Shown: positions 48,420 to 59,107, counted from the first letter of the whole stretch. The stretch is DNA of 60,273 nucleotides, filler included, from Nitrospinae bacterium RIFCSPLOWO2_12_FULL_45_22 (GCA_001803565.1; 9 parts of 9 records of this genome joined end to end with filler, not necessarily neighbours in it); one strand, 5' to 3'. Notes: generated from the sequence alone by a model not told the origin. Numbers and translations are program-made.

Positions 48420-50506
48420 GAGAGTTTTGTCTCCAGTCCCGACAGGATTCCGTAAAAACACTAGCCAACTTCTTTTTCAAAGCTGGGGAGGATACCTCAT
48501 CCGACCGCATAATGGCTATTCTAGAAGTAGGGGAGGGTATTTGTTTTAAGGAAGGGAGCTGGCTCTCAGTTGGAGAAATTGAATTGTATCCCGGAACTCC
48601 TGTGGCCGGAGATGAGAATCCTTATTCTCTGTTGGAACGCGCCCTGACCCTGGGCTCATACGATTGGAAACTACCTGAATTGGATAATATGCTGGATAGG
48701 GCAATTAAAATCGTGGCCGACAAGGACATAGAGAAAAAGAGGAACAAGCTGACCAAGGTACTGGAGGGTGTGGCTCACGTAGCCCTGAGGTGCGGCTTTA
48801 CACACCCTGTATTTGATGCAGAGTCCTTGTCCAACATGCCCTTCAAAAAACCCACGACTGTGGTGGCTGACACCAGTTCGGTTTTGCACGGGGGGCTAGA
48901 TTTTGTTGTTCGCTTTCTTTATCCAGTGGCAAGAATAAAAATACCTGCTGTGGTCCATATGGAAATACTGAATATAGCTGATCGTTACTTTAACCAACGG
49001 CGTGACAAAAAAACGACTGTAGGTGCATTATTCGATCACATCAACAGCCAAGGGGGCCAAAGAGTTCTCTTGAGGCTTGAATTGCAGACGGATGCAGAAA
49101 TTGAACGTCCAAGATTGGGATCTGATCCCTTGAGAGGCATAGTCCAGCCGGATACAGACCCGGAAGACAGGAGCCTCGGGCTTCAAAACGTACAGAGGAG
49201 TTTCGCGGACAGGTTAATTCTGGAAACGGCGATTCAACATAGAGAAAGAGTGAGTTCCGATCACCCGGTAATGCTTTTGACATGCGATCAGGGGCTTGCG
49301 AGAATGACGTTAGGCGAGGGAATGCAGCCGTTATTTTTTGATAAAAACTATTGCTGTCATCTCTTTGGCACCGTTCTTACCGGAACCTGTTTCTGCCCTT
49401 TCTTGAGCTCTCCGAATTCGGATCGACTTTACTTCATACCTCTCATGGATTTGATCTGGGAACTGGCTGTAACCTATGGTTCTGCCCGCATTGTTAATAA
49501 AGATTGTACTGCAACGTTTGAAGTTCGTGCGATTGGGAAAACGCTTTCCTGGAGTCCTTTTCACGCAAAAGACGATCTTTTATGGGTGAGATGGGATGGC
49601 TTCAACGCTGTTGAAAGATTGGCTGAACTTAAGCGAGAAGAAAGCGGAATCCTTGCGGAGCCCCTACGCCCCAGACCGGAAGAAAAGGCTGGAAAAAAAG
49701 ATAAAGCGAGCCAAGATCAGAAGCCCTTGAAAGGTTCATACAAGTTCAGCTTACCTTCCATGCTTTCGCTAATTCAGGCATTCCTTGAAAAGCAGATGCT
49801 AACAAATGAGGAAGGAATCGCTATCGTTGGCGTTAAGACTCTCGATAGTTATGAGAAATATAGAAATTTTCTCCGATCAGGAGACTTCATAATACCGGCT
49901 AAGAAAGGATTTGAAAAAACCGAGAAACTCGATAAGCTTTGGGAAACTATTCTACTGCGGGATTATCCTAGTTTGGAATTACTCCTAGCCGCTGTGCCTT
50001 CTTTTAGGAACTTCAGGGAAGAGCTTATGAAGAACAAGCTCATAATTCGATCAAAAGTAGCATCTGTAGCAGACTCTCCCTTCTCGACCTATTGCGGATT
50101 AGCTGAAATGGTTTGTATTGGATTGCAGATCCCAGAAGAAGGTCTCCGTGGCACTTTTGTTAGACCGACTTTAGAAGAATTTTCTAAAATTGCGGTGGAT
50201 TGCTATGCGAAAATTGCCCAGGGGGAGGAATATATATTGACGGGCCAGTGGCTAGAGGCATTGGCGAGAGAATATGGCGTTCACCCTGTTCTGGCAAGAA
50301 GTAGGCTTGATGAGGCCTACCAAGCCGGATATCTTCAAAGATATACGGAAGGGTCTACGCCCGAAACCCAATTCGAGAAGCACATAATGACTTATCTTAA
50401 TGTTGAAAAGGGTATCCCAGTTATCGAAAGAATCAATTTATACCATGGCGATTTTATTTTGCCCGATAGAACCAGTGTTAGTATTAGAATAATTCAAGGA
50501 AGATAA
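48416..50506 (+). CDS. Multidomain protein with a central PIN-like nuclease domain
   Basis: VVADTS, VHMEI, FADRLIL, LLTCDQGL give the PIN acidic tetrad pattern. Confidence 0.75.
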   Translation: MREFCLQSRQDSVKTLANFFFKAGEDTSSDRIMAILEVGEGICFKEGSWLSVGEIELYPGTPVAGDENPYSLLERALTLGSYDWKLPELDNMLDRAIKIVADKDIEKKRNKLTKVLEGVAHVALRCGFTHPVFDAESLSNMPFKKPTTVVADTSSVLHGGLDFVVRFLYPVARIKIPAVVHMEILNIADRYFNQRRDKKTTVGALFDHINSQGGQRVLLRLELQTDAEIERPRLGSDPLRGIVQPDTDPEDRSLGLQNVQRSFADRLILETAIQHRERVSSDHPVMLLTCDQGLARMTLGEGMQPLFFDKNYCCHLFGTVLTGTCFCPFLSSPNSDRLYFIPLMDLIWELAVTYGSARIVNKDCTATFEVRAIGKTLSWSPFHAKDDLLWVRWDGFNAVERLAELKREESGILAEPLRPRPEEKAGKKDKASQDQKPLKGSYKFSLPSMLSLIQAFLEKQMLTNEEGIAIVGVKTLDSYEKYRNFLRSGDFIIPAKKGFEKTEKLDKLWETILLRDYPSLELLLAAVPSFRNFREELMKNKLIIRSKVASVADSPFSTYCGLAEMVCIGLQIPEEGLRGTFVRPTLEEFSKIAVDCYAKIAQGEEYILTGQWLEALAREYGVHPVLARSRLDEAYQAGYLQRYTEGSTPETQFEKHIMTYLNVEKGIPVIERINLYHGDFILPDRTSVSIRIIQGR

Positions 50507-51658
50507 ATGAGCCTTAAGGACAGAATACGTAAGAAAGGGGCTGGAGAGTCAGAACATCAGACGGCGCTGTTCAATAAGTTTGGGGTGGTTGAGAATCCCT
50601 TTCCGGCTGCTGGACAGCCATCCGGACACCCACGTTTGGAAAATGATGTCGATGAGAAAGTTGGCTTTGACATTCAGGAATTCGAAACCTCTCACAAGAC
50701 TCAAATTTTAGTGATAGAAGGCTCTCAAGGGGTAGGCAAGACGAACCTCTTAAACTACTACCAGAATGAACTAGAGGACCTATATCAAGATGACAAAACT
50801 TGTTACATAATCCGGTACTATCCAGACCCAGAACCGAGTTTTGACGCAATTATCCGCAAGGTTTTTCAGGAACTGGGGGAGAATCACCTGCGCGGAATGG
50901 CGCGGAAATTGAGTAATCTTAGCCGCGACGAGAAGTCGGGTATAATTGATACTGCAAAGAATCAAGAATTGCGCCTTGTTTTACACAAACTAGCTAAAAG
51001 TGCGGAGAGTGGTGACGCTGATTTGGAGACGACTTCGGAAACAGCCATGGAATGGCTTTTAGGCCTGCGAGTTCTGAATAAGCATAAGGTGCTAGGTGTA
51101 AGATTTCGGCTCGACACAGTAGAATCGAAGACTCAGGTGCTGCGTGATGTGGTTTACGTAAGTGTCAAACTCGGAATCTTACGCGGAGTTTTTCTTTTGT
51201 TAGATGAACTCGAGAAACAGGACTATTCACTTAGTACTACCCCCGTTGTCCGGTACTTGTCAGCTATTCGTGCTTTGATAGATGCCTTGCCAACCCACCT
51301 TTTTCTCATGACGGCCCTAACTCCTGATGCGCGTCTTCGATATTTCAAGATGTTACCAGCCATAGCAGGTAGATTACAAAATGTCTACACCCTTTCCTCC
51401 CTGAAGGATGAAAAAGACGGCCTTTCTCTCTACAGCCTTTATCGCGATAAAGCACGGGAAAGCGCTCAGTTAAGGCTGAAGGTTAGTTCGAAGGGCGTAA
51501 AGCTTAATGACATTATTGACCGGGAGGAAATCGTTAAGCTCTTTAAAGAACTGTTGCAGAAATCGGCCCAGAAAGGTATCCAAGGCGTAACTCAACGTGA
51601 TTTTCTTAATGAGCTTTACTTGCGGACTCAAGATCGGTTCAAAACCATACAGATATAA
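50507..51658 (+). CDS. P-loop AAA+ ATPase
   Basis: FGVVENPF, Walker A GSQGVGKT, Walker B LLLDELE, PAIAGRL (arginine-finger-like). Confidence 0.85.
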   Translation: MSLKDRIRKKGAGESEHQTALFNKFGVVENPFPAAGQPSGHPRLENDVDEKVGFDIQEFETSHKTQILVIEGSQGVGKTNLLNYYQNELEDLYQDDKTCYIIRYYPDPEPSFDAIIRKVFQELGENHLRGMARKLSNLSRDEKSGIIDTAKNQELRLVLHKLAKSAESGDADLETTSETAMEWLLGLRVLNKHKVLGVRFRLDTVESKTQVLRDVVYVSVKLGILRGVFLLLDELEKQDYSLSTTPVVRYLSAIRALIDALPTHLFLMTALTPDARLRYFKMLPAIAGRLQNVYTLSSLKDEKDGLSLYSLYRDKARESAQLRLKVSSKGVKLNDIIDREEIVKLFKELLQKSAQKGIQGVTQRDFLNELYLRTQDRFKTIQI

Positions 51659-51874
51659 GAAAATACATCATCCGGGCCTCTTTTTCTCAAGAGAGGATAG
51701 ACTGCCTGCCAGGCTAATCCATCATTAAAGTGGTAATAAGCGACAAGATTTTATCATAGAATCTGAAGACTTGTAGGTGCTATCTGTTATGGTAGTATAA
51801 TAAGTTTTTTTTAAGGAAAAGATTACTGAGTCCCTAGTGGAGAATCTCCTTTGCTGGCCTCATTCTGGTTTCCA

Positions 51875-52681
51875 TTAATCCCCTCTCAATTGACTCATAG
51901 GTCTCCTGTTGTTTAGTTCGTCTTCTATCGTAGGCGTGCCTGTTGATTTGTAGGTGGTGTGTCTGTCAAGATATAGGCTCATAGGTACCCCGTATTCCTT
52001 GATATATTGCTTGAAACTGTCCATAGCAGGTATTGTGCCTTCGTATTCGTAAAATCGGGCAAATACTCTGTTTGTGGCATCATCTATATACGCCATCAGC
52101 ACAAGTTCATCACCTCTTCCCTCCAGCCAGTCATGATGCGAGCCATCCATCTGAACCATCTCTCCTAAGTAATCTCTTCTCTCCCGCCATTGTCTATGTG
52201 CCCTAACTTTGCGAACCTTCTTCCAATCTCCAGATTCTGTAAGCCAGTTCCGTAATGTCTCTCTGCTTATCTTAACCCCCTCTATCTCCAAAAGCTTCTC
52301 TGCTGCCAGCGTTGGCCCAAAACCTTTGTACTTTTCCCGGTAAAGTTTTATCACCTTCGCCTTTACCTTTCTGGGAAATTTCCTGCTTGAAGGCGTGCCC
52401 CTGGATTTATGTAGGACCCCTCTATCACCCTCAATCCTTACCCTCTTTATTATCCTCCTTACCTGCCGATCACTTAATGAAAGTATCTCCACTGCTTCTA
52501 CCTGCTTTAATACACCATCCAGCACCTTCTTAATTACGTGTAACCGCTTTAATTTCCTCTGACTTACCACGATAATGTCCTTTCTCGCCATAATCCCCTC
52601 CCTTGAACTGGAGAGAATTATAACTTTGCCATAGGACATTTCTAAATTGGTTATTTAGGACATTATCATTTTGGTATTACA
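51875..52681 (-). mobile_element. Truncated ISNCY (IS202-like) element; transposase 52591-51875
   Basis: HTH, GFGPTLAAEKL, QMDGSHHDW, IDDAT, LYLDRH; left end TGT with two AATGTCC subrepeats; C-terminus lost. Confidence 0.85.
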
Positions 52682-52824
52682 GATTTTTTAAGGTATTTTT
52701 AAGCTATATCCCAAAATTCATCTTGACTCTGCCGCTACAACTTGATATAAAGCTTTTTAGCTATTGGATCCCCTGGGAAATCCTCCTTAGACACCAACTG
52801 CTGAACCGCATATAAACTGTTATC

Positions 52825-53085
52825 TTGGACATTATTCTAGAGCAAGATAAGTGGCGAAAGCTTATCGCGCTAGAAGTAAGGAAAGATAAGGGGGAGAGCA
52901 AGCTCTCTTTGGAGATCAATCAGGATAGGCTAAAGTCTTTGGAGAAGAGGATGGGAAAAAACATCCTCTTTACCGATAGAGACCATTGGAGCACTGATGA
53001 GATAGTCTCTGCCTATAGGGGCAAATACAGGATAGAGGATGCCTTCAAACTAATGAACCATAGTTCATTAGCTCAACAATATTGA
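52825..53085 (+). pseudogene. IS1634-like transposase fragment
   Basis: GKNILFTD...WSTDEIVSAYRGKYRIEDAFK (Y-x2-R/K-x3-E-x2-F). Confidence 0.7.
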
Positions 53086-53136
53086 TTTTACAAGAAATTG
53101 CTATAACTTTATGTTTACCAATCTATAGGTGAATTA

Positions 53137-54078
53137 TTGCTGAACAAAAGCAAGGAGGTAATAAGGATAATGATTGCAGAATTTAAAGAGATATTTGCTA
53201 ACCGTTATTCTATTGCCAGGACCAGGAAAGGTTTGGGGCAAAAAGTAATAGGGTGGGTTTGTACTTTTGTGCCAGAGGAGATCATCTATGCCGCTGGTAT
53301 GTTCCCCTTCAGGGTGGTAGGGGGCGCAAATACCGAGACCCCGTTAGCTAATGCCTATCTCTATTCTAATAACTGTTCCTTCTCCCGTCAGTGTCTGGAA
53401 GAAGGTTTGAATAAGAACCTGGACTTTTTGGATGGCTTTGTAACTGCTAATTCCTGTGACCATATCAGGCGCTTATTCGATGTCTGGCTCAAGTACTTCC
53501 CTACCCCTTATAAGAAGATTCTGAGTACCCCATGTAAGGTAACGGAGTCGGCCATTGCCCATTTTTGGGAAGAATTAGTCACCTTTAAGGAGGAATTAGA
53601 GACCATAGTAGACAGAGGGATAGGGGAGGATTGTCTCTGGCAGGCCATTGACCTGTATAATGAAACCCGTCAGCTATTTCTGAAACTTTATGCGCTTCGG
53701 AAGAACGAGCGGCTTCCTATCTCGGGCCGGGAGGTAGCTGAGATAGTACGGGCTGCCTGGTACTTACCCCGGGAAGAATACAATAATCTCTTGAGTAACA
53801 CATTGTCCTGGTTAGAAAAACGGGAGCCTGTCTTGGATAATGATTCTGTGCGAGTGATGGTTGTGGGCAGTGAGCTGGATAACCCGGAATATATTGGGAT
53901 AATAGAAGACCTAGGGGGTGCAGTAGTGGCAGATGACCTTTGTTGTGGTTCCCGTTATTGCTGGACCCCAGTAGAAAAAGGTGAAGACCCTTTACGGGCC
54001 TTAGCTACCCGTTACCTTTCCCGTCCCTTCTGTGCCCGGATGCATCCCGCTTCTCACCGGATGGCGCATCTCCGGAAG
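53137..54078 (+). CDS. 2-hydroxyacyl-CoA dehydratase subunit (3' incomplete)
   Basis: GWVCTFVPEE, NNCSF, NSCDHIRR, DDLCCGSRY; paralogue of 29070-30197. Confidence 0.88.
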
Positions 54079-54178
54079 NNNNNNNNNNNNNNNNNNNNNN
54101 NNNNNNNNNNNNNNNNNNNNNNTTAATTAATTAANNNNNNNNNNNNNNNNNNNNNNNNNNNNNNNNNNNNNNNNNNNN

Positions 54179-54400
54179 CGAATAAAGACTAAAACCATTA
54201 AACAATGGGAGGTAGGCCGGGAGTTGAGGCGCAGGATAAAAAAGGTCTTTGATGCTAAAGGGATTGAGATGCCATTTCCACACCGTACCATTTATTTCGG
54301 TTCTACCCCGCCTGTTTCCTTTGGGCCAGAGGCATCCTCCGAGTCTGCCGGCCAAGAGGATAAAAATCCTGAAGATGCAGACACAAAGGGTGATAGCTAA
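54179..54400 (+). CDS. MscS mechanosensitive channel, 3' end
   Basis: KQWEVGRELRRRIKKVFDAKGIEMPFPHRT. Confidence 0.75.
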   Translation, partial: RIKTKTIKQWEVGRELRRRIKKVFDAKGIEMPFPHRTIYFGSTPPVSFGPEASSESAGQEDKNPEDADTKGDS

Positions 54401-54482
54401 AAATCGAATAAAAATAAGCTTGCCCTTCCGACGCCATAAAATGATAAAATGTAACCGGTAAAGATCACCGAAGAAAAAATTA

Positions 54483-55577
54483 TTGTACCTTTACCGCGAA
54501 TATAACCTAAGCATGAAAATGGTGACCCAACCCAAAACAGATCTCTTGGCTCTCCTTGCGCAGGATTTTTCCTTTAAGGGAGAAACTTCTCATCCTATGC
54601 ATAATACTCACGCCTTTGCCGCTAAGTTTCCACCCCAATTGCCACGGGTGTTTATTGAGTCGTTGACTAAACCTGGAGATATTGTTCTGGATCCTATGTG
54701 CGGCTCAGGTACGACAGTCGTCGAGGCTAGTCATCTGGGTAGAATTGGGATTGGGATTGACATGGATATACTGGCTGTAAAAGTATCGCAGGCAAAGACG
54801 TGTGCCCTGGGGCCTCCTTTGGTTCGGCATACCATCAATCAAGTGGTTGACCATGCGACCTTTAATTATCGCGCTCGCACTTTGGATATTAGGTCTTTTT
54901 TAAAAGAAAACTATGGACCCAAAGTGATATCTTTTTTCCAGTATTGGTTTCGAAAAGAAACAATTGAACAACTTGCCTGTGTGGCAAAGGAAATTAAACG
55001 GCTTACCAATCCAGCCATCAGAAACTTCTGTGAGGTGGTATTTTCCTCTATCATTGTAACCAAAAGTGGCGGCATATCGCTTGCCAGAGACCTAGCCCAC
55101 TCCCGTCCCCATAAGGACGGATCAAAAAAGGTAAAAAACGCTATTGAGTCTTATGCAGAAAAGGCCGAGAAGATACTAGCCGCTATGGATAAAGCTAGAG
55201 GAGTTTCAGGCAGAGCGGTAATGCTACGTGGAGATGCAAGATCACTTCCGCTCGCAAAAAATAGTGTTGATTTGATTGTTACATCACCTCCTTATGCCAA
55301 TGCCATTGACTATATGAGGGCCCATAAGTTCTCTATGTACTGGCTAGGGTTGGATTACGATTACTTGTCAAATCTGCGAAAGCGATATATTGGGGCTGAG
55401 GTGAAGCTGGATTTGCAGGAATTTCCCCATAGGCTAGCTTCAGAGGTCATAAGAAAAGTATCGGGAAAGGATATAAGAAAGGCAGGGATTCTTCTTAGAT
55501 ATTTTCAGGATATGGAAATGGCATCGAAGCCCGCATTAACCAGGAATATGTCATACTTTTATATAAGCCTTTTATAA
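54483..55577 (+). CDS. DNA methyltransferase (SPPY, likely N4-cytosine), probably C-terminally truncated
   Basis: HAFAAKFPPQ, LDPMCGSGTT, VTSPPY; the expected RVLK segment after YFQDM is missing. Confidence 0.8.
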   Translation: MYLYREYNLSMKMVTQPKTDLLALLAQDFSFKGETSHPMHNTHAFAAKFPPQLPRVFIESLTKPGDIVLDPMCGSGTTVVEASHLGRIGIGIDMDILAVKVSQAKTCALGPPLVRHTINQVVDHATFNYRARTLDIRSFLKENYGPKVISFFQYWFRKETIEQLACVAKEIKRLTNPAIRNFCEVVFSSIIVTKSGGISLARDLAHSRPHKDGSKKVKNAIESYAEKAEKILAAMDKARGVSGRAVMLRGDARSLPLAKNSVDLIVTSPPYANAIDYMRAHKFSMYWLGLDYDYLSNLRKRYIGAEVKLDLQEFPHRLASEVIRKVSGKDIRKAGILLRYFQDMEMASKPALTRNMSYFYISLL

Positions 55578-55881
55578 AAACAACGCCCGGCTTCCTTTCT
55601 ACTTTGTGGTAACCAACGAATATAACCCTGGCAGGCTTAACATAGCTAGACAAAACCAGTGTATCAACGGCCTTTTCCATGTGAATAAGGATCTTCTCAT
55701 AAAAGTAAACGGTGGCAATGGGAGGCTAGAAGGAGTCCAGGACCTTACCGAAGTGCTCCAGTATTTCAGGTAGATTATGTTTTGATGGAACTAGGAAGGC
55801 TTTCAAAAAGGTCTACATAAAGGAGATACGTTTTGATCCGGATATCCCGATGGGATTTTATAATCTCTCAACGAGAACAAA

Positions 55882-56028
55882 TCAGTGCTTGCGGCTATTG
55901 AATAATTTATCGTTGAAGTCATTCAACCCACATTCCGCTGTTTTCCCCTGACTGATACACCCTGGCAGGCTAGGACATTCAGCAACCCAATAGCCATCCT
56001 CACCTGGATAAATTAAAACCTGTCTCAT
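55882..56028 (-). pseudogene. Truncated HicB-like gene at the start of a second cassette
   Basis: GGAGG RBS; MRQVLIYPGEDGYWVAECPSLPGCISQGKT, then divergence. Confidence 0.7.
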
Positions 56029-56056
56029 TGTCTTACCTCCTTAAAGCCGCCGTTTC

Positions 56057-56129
56057 GCCTAACGTTCAAGGCTAAAAGAAGTCCCGCAATGTGGGATTTG
56101 GATGTCAATCTTTTAGCCTGTTGTTAGGC
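56057..56129 (-). mobile_element. Integron attC site closing the R-M cassette
   Basis: GCCTAAC-aacaggctaaaaga...tcttttagccttgaac-GTTAGGC. Confidence 0.8.
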
Positions 56130-56145
56130 GATGTGTTTTCTTGCA

Positions 56146-57267
56146 TCACTTGTCAGACTCTGCCGCCTTTCGCAAGACAAGAAATGCTTCTTTCAGAGGT
56201 TGACTTACGGAACTGTCAGGCTCAGCCAAAACAAGACTTTGGTAAATGTCTAAGAAACTCGTGCGGTATCGGTGAAAGAAGTGAAGGAAATGTCTGACAA
56301 AGCCGATGCAGTCCAGAACAGCAATCTCGATGCCTGACTTGTTGTAGACACTCTTAGCGTACTCATTCACTTCGTACTCGATGACATCGGTTGTGATGAA
56401 GATATAGTTGTCAACTCGATACTTAAGGGTGGAAATCTTCTTAAGGGCATTCTCGATGTCAACGATTGTTACCCTTTTGTCCTTCATCTCATAGCAGGTG
56501 ACTATCTGATCGTCGTTGATTAGGGTAACTTCGACATCTCCGATTGATCCGGTCTGGCTATCTGCGGCGGTGTGCGATTGGAGTGGCAAAGCAGTCTCGC
56601 CAATGCGGTCTTTGACGGAAAGATAGGCAGCGGCAACCATTAAAACTGGAAGCCTACTTGAATTCTTGCTGCTGAGATTTTGCTGAAGAAGAGTAACGGT
56701 TTGCTCGGAGGACAAGGGAAGCGTGTCTTCAGAGTGCTTGAGTTCTCGGAGAAGCTGCTTCATCCGAGTCTCGTTTTCGCTTTTAATGATGAGTAGGAAG
56801 CGAATGATTTCTTTAAGGGCATCGGAAGGAGCTACCTTGCCACGCTGTACGAGGTCGAGCAACTCAAGGACATTCGTATAGACTTGCCGTGGCCTACCGA
56901 CGAGAACCAAATCAGTCGTGAGCTTGCGGTCGATGTTTCTGAATGCAGGAGTGAGGAAAGCAGTTGTTGGGTTGGTGGGCAACTTGTATTTGATTACGAA
57001 AGGTTCAACGAACTGCTCATCGTAGGCACGCCCGGAGTAGGTGCCTTTGCCACCAATCTCCGTGTAGGGCTTTCTGATGTCTACTTTGGAATCGTCGAGC
57101 TTTCCAAGAAGACAAGCCATCAGAAACCGAATTGGAGCCTTGTTTGTAAGACAACGACAAACAAATTCAATCTTAGCTCGAAGTTCAGCACCATCAATGA
57201 AGCACTTGTCTGGTTTGGGGCGGACATCTTGGTAATATTTTTCCAGTAGCGCTGCAGGATCAGTCAT
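56146..57267 (-). CDS. Type II restriction endonuclease (SacI-like)
   Basis: SGRAYDE, HTAADSQTGSIGDVEV...CYEMK; start MTDPAA overlaps the MTase stop. Confidence 0.75.
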   Translation of the reverse strand: MTDPAALLEKYYQDVRPKPDKCFIDGAELRAKIEFVCRCLTNKAPIRFLMACLLGKLDDSKVDIRKPYTEIGGKGTYSGRAYDEQFVEPFVIKYKLPTNPTTAFLTPAFRNIDRKLTTDLVLVGRPRQVYTNVLELLDLVQRGKVAPSDALKEIIRFLLIIKSENETRMKQLLRELKHSEDTLPLSSEQTVTLLQQNLSSKNSSRLPVLMVAAAYLSVKDRIGETALPLQSHTAADSQTGSIGDVEVTLINDDQIVTCYEMKDKRVTIVDIENALKKISTLKYRVDNYIFITTDVIEYEVNEYAKSVYNKSGIEIAVLDCIGFVRHFLHFFHRYRTSFLDIYQSLVLAEPDSSVSQPLKEAFLVLRKAAESDK

Positions 57268-58180
57268 TGTGCGAAGCATCCCTTTGGGAAAAGAGAGTGT
57301 AAGCTTTTTTGAAATTGTGAATATCGTAGTTAACCCAGAGAACTTCTTGACGCTTCTCTTTGGTGGAATGAATTGTTTTGAGCAAACCGAGATGTTTCTT
57401 CCATTTGGGTACAGGATACAATTCATCCATAAGGTCGCATTGGTAATTCGAGATAGCCACGAGACCTTTGACCGAGTTTAGAGCTTTAGCAAGTTCGCGA
57501 TGTTCGTCGTCGGTCATTTCATAGCCATAAGACTTTGTGTCTCCTCTGGTACCGTGAACGTATGGTGGATCGCAGTAGAAAAGCGTTTCTTTGGAATCGT
57601 AAAGGCGGATTACATCAATAGCGGGACGGTTCTCTATTTGTACCCGGAGGAGTCTTTCTGCGATGAAAGTTAAGTCTTCAATTCCGCCAAGCCAGCGACT
57701 AATCACCCCGCTCATTCCATTTCTGCTCGTGTTCTTGCAGTTTGCCCATCGACCTATGGTTGCGGTCTGTGCCAAACCCGTTCTAACCTGACGAGCACGA
57801 ACATAGAAACGCCTTGCCCGTTCAAAGCTTGATAGGTTGGGATCCAGTTGACAGGCTTTGGCAAATTCCTCTCGTGAAAATGGAGTCAGTCCAATGGCCT
57901 CAATTAGCTTTGCCTTTTCTTCACGTAGCACCTTGAAGAAATTGACAACCTCGCCGTCAAGATCGTTGTAGGTTTCGACAGGGGATGAAGGACGGTTGAC
58001 TAGGATAGCGGCTGAGCCCCCGAAAGGCTCACAATAATGGTAGCACTCGGGCAACAATGGAAGTAGCCAATCTAGATGCGAGAACTTTCCGCCGTACCAG
58101 CCGAAAGCGATAACCTTCCGAGAAGCCTTGAGTTGCGATATTGGTGCGGGAACTCTCCTCGCTCCTTCTCTCACTGCCAT
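57260..58180 (-). CDS. Dam/D12-class DNA methyltransferase
   Basis: WYGGK, EPFGGS, YNDLD, YCDPPY. Confidence 0.9.
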   Translation of the reverse strand: MAVREGARRVPAPISQLKASRKVIAFGWYGGKFSHLDWLLPLLPECYHYCEPFGGSAAILVNRPSSPVETYNDLDGEVVNFFKVLREEKAKLIEAIGLTPFSREEFAKACQLDPNLSSFERARRFYVRARQVRTGLAQTATIGRWANCKNTSRNGMSGVISRWLGGIEDLTFIAERLLRVQIENRPAIDVIRLYDSKETLFYCDPPYVHGTRGDTKSYGYEMTDDEHRELAKALNSVKGLVAISNYQCDLMDELYPVPKWKKHLGLLKTIHSTKEKRQEVLWVNYDIHNFKKAYTLFSQRDASHND

Positions 58181-58277
58181 TCTGATGTCCTTATGTAATG
58201 GATAGCGGTGTTTGATAGCACTAATCTCCTAAATTAACGTGACTATTTCAAATTTGGAGAACTGCAAAGAACATATT

Positions 58278-58290
58278 GCCTAACTAGTTC
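58278..58290 (-). mobile_element. attI-like core site GTTAGGC just after the recombinase stop
   Basis: Complements GCCTAAC of the attC at 56129-56123. Confidence 0.6.
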
Positions 58291-59107
58291 ACAGACGACT
58301 GTGTCGTCTTTTCTTAAAAATTGGAGGGATAGGCGACAATGTCGGATATCCCTCCTTTCTACCTCCTTCCTTCTGTAAAATCTGATCCAAGGGGTTTTTT
58401 ATTCTCATCAAGTCTTTGTTGCTTACATGCGTGTAAATCTCTGTGGTTTTGGAACTTACGTGCCCTAATAATTCCTGTATATACCGCAGGTCAATCCCAT
58501 TCTCCAGTAGATGTGTAGCGAATGAACGTCTGAGACTGTGTATCGTCACTTTTTTCTTAACGCCTCCTCGATTACATGCCATTTCAAATATCCTTTGAGC
58601 AGTTCTTATTGAAATATGTCTTTCTTTACCCGGGCCGGGAAATAGCCAGAGGGCTGGTTTATACCTATCCAAATATTCCTTTAATATTTTTAATGCAGAT
58701 TCTGAGAGCAGAGTATATCTATCCTTCCTGCCTTTTGCACCTCTTACATGAATCAGCATACGCTTGCTATCAATATCTTCTGGCTTCAATCTCACTACTT
58801 CGCTTACTCTAAGCCCTGCCGAATAAACAAACATTAATATCGCCTTATGTTTCACATTATCTACTAATGTTAAAATCTTTGCAACTTCTTCCTGGCTCAA
58901 TACAATCGGTAATTTCTTGTCCTTTCGTGGCCTTTTCACTTCATATACGAACTTTTTTTTGAGCATCGTTCCGTAATAAAACTTCAGGGAGTTGATGGCC
59001 TGATTTAGGGTAGATGTTGCTGCTCCCTTCTCTTCAGAAAGAGTTATGGCTTTGATGTGTTGGATATAGCAAGTTCCTATCTTTTCCGTACCCATTTGCT
59101 GGTACAC
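58289..59107 (-). CDS. Tyrosine recombinase (Xer/IntI-related), N-terminus apparently truncated
   Basis: KKLPIVLSQEE, GLRVSE, KGRKDR, HSLR, LLGH, EIYTH; only the end of the SAM-like domain (STLNQAINSLKFYY) is present. Confidence 0.85.
   Translation of the reverse strand: MYQQMGTEKIGTCYIQHIKAITLSEEKGAATSTLNQAINSLKFYYGTMLKKKFVYEVKRPRKDKKLPIVLSQEEVAKILTLVDNVKHKAILMFVYSAGLRVSEVVRLKPEDIDSKRMLIHVRGAKGRKDRYTLLSESALKILKEYLDRYKPALWLFPGPGKERHISIRTAQRIFEMACNRGGVKKKVTIHSLRRSFATHLLENGIDLRYIQELLGHVSSKTTEIYTHVSNKDLMRIKNPLDQILQKEGGRKEGYPTLSPIPPIFKKRRHSRL

Noticed and set aside
47510-52681. Composite transposon carrying the three-gene operon
   Set aside because: The left IS piece is an 88-bp internal fragment at a contig edge and the right copy is truncated; no paired ends or target duplication are visible
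5306-54178. Recurring TTAATTAATTAA motif within N runs as a biological repeat, and any operon spanning it
   Set aside because: Artificial six-frame-stop linker; cross-contig neighbourhoods (for example ATPase operon with the MTase at 54483) are not evidence
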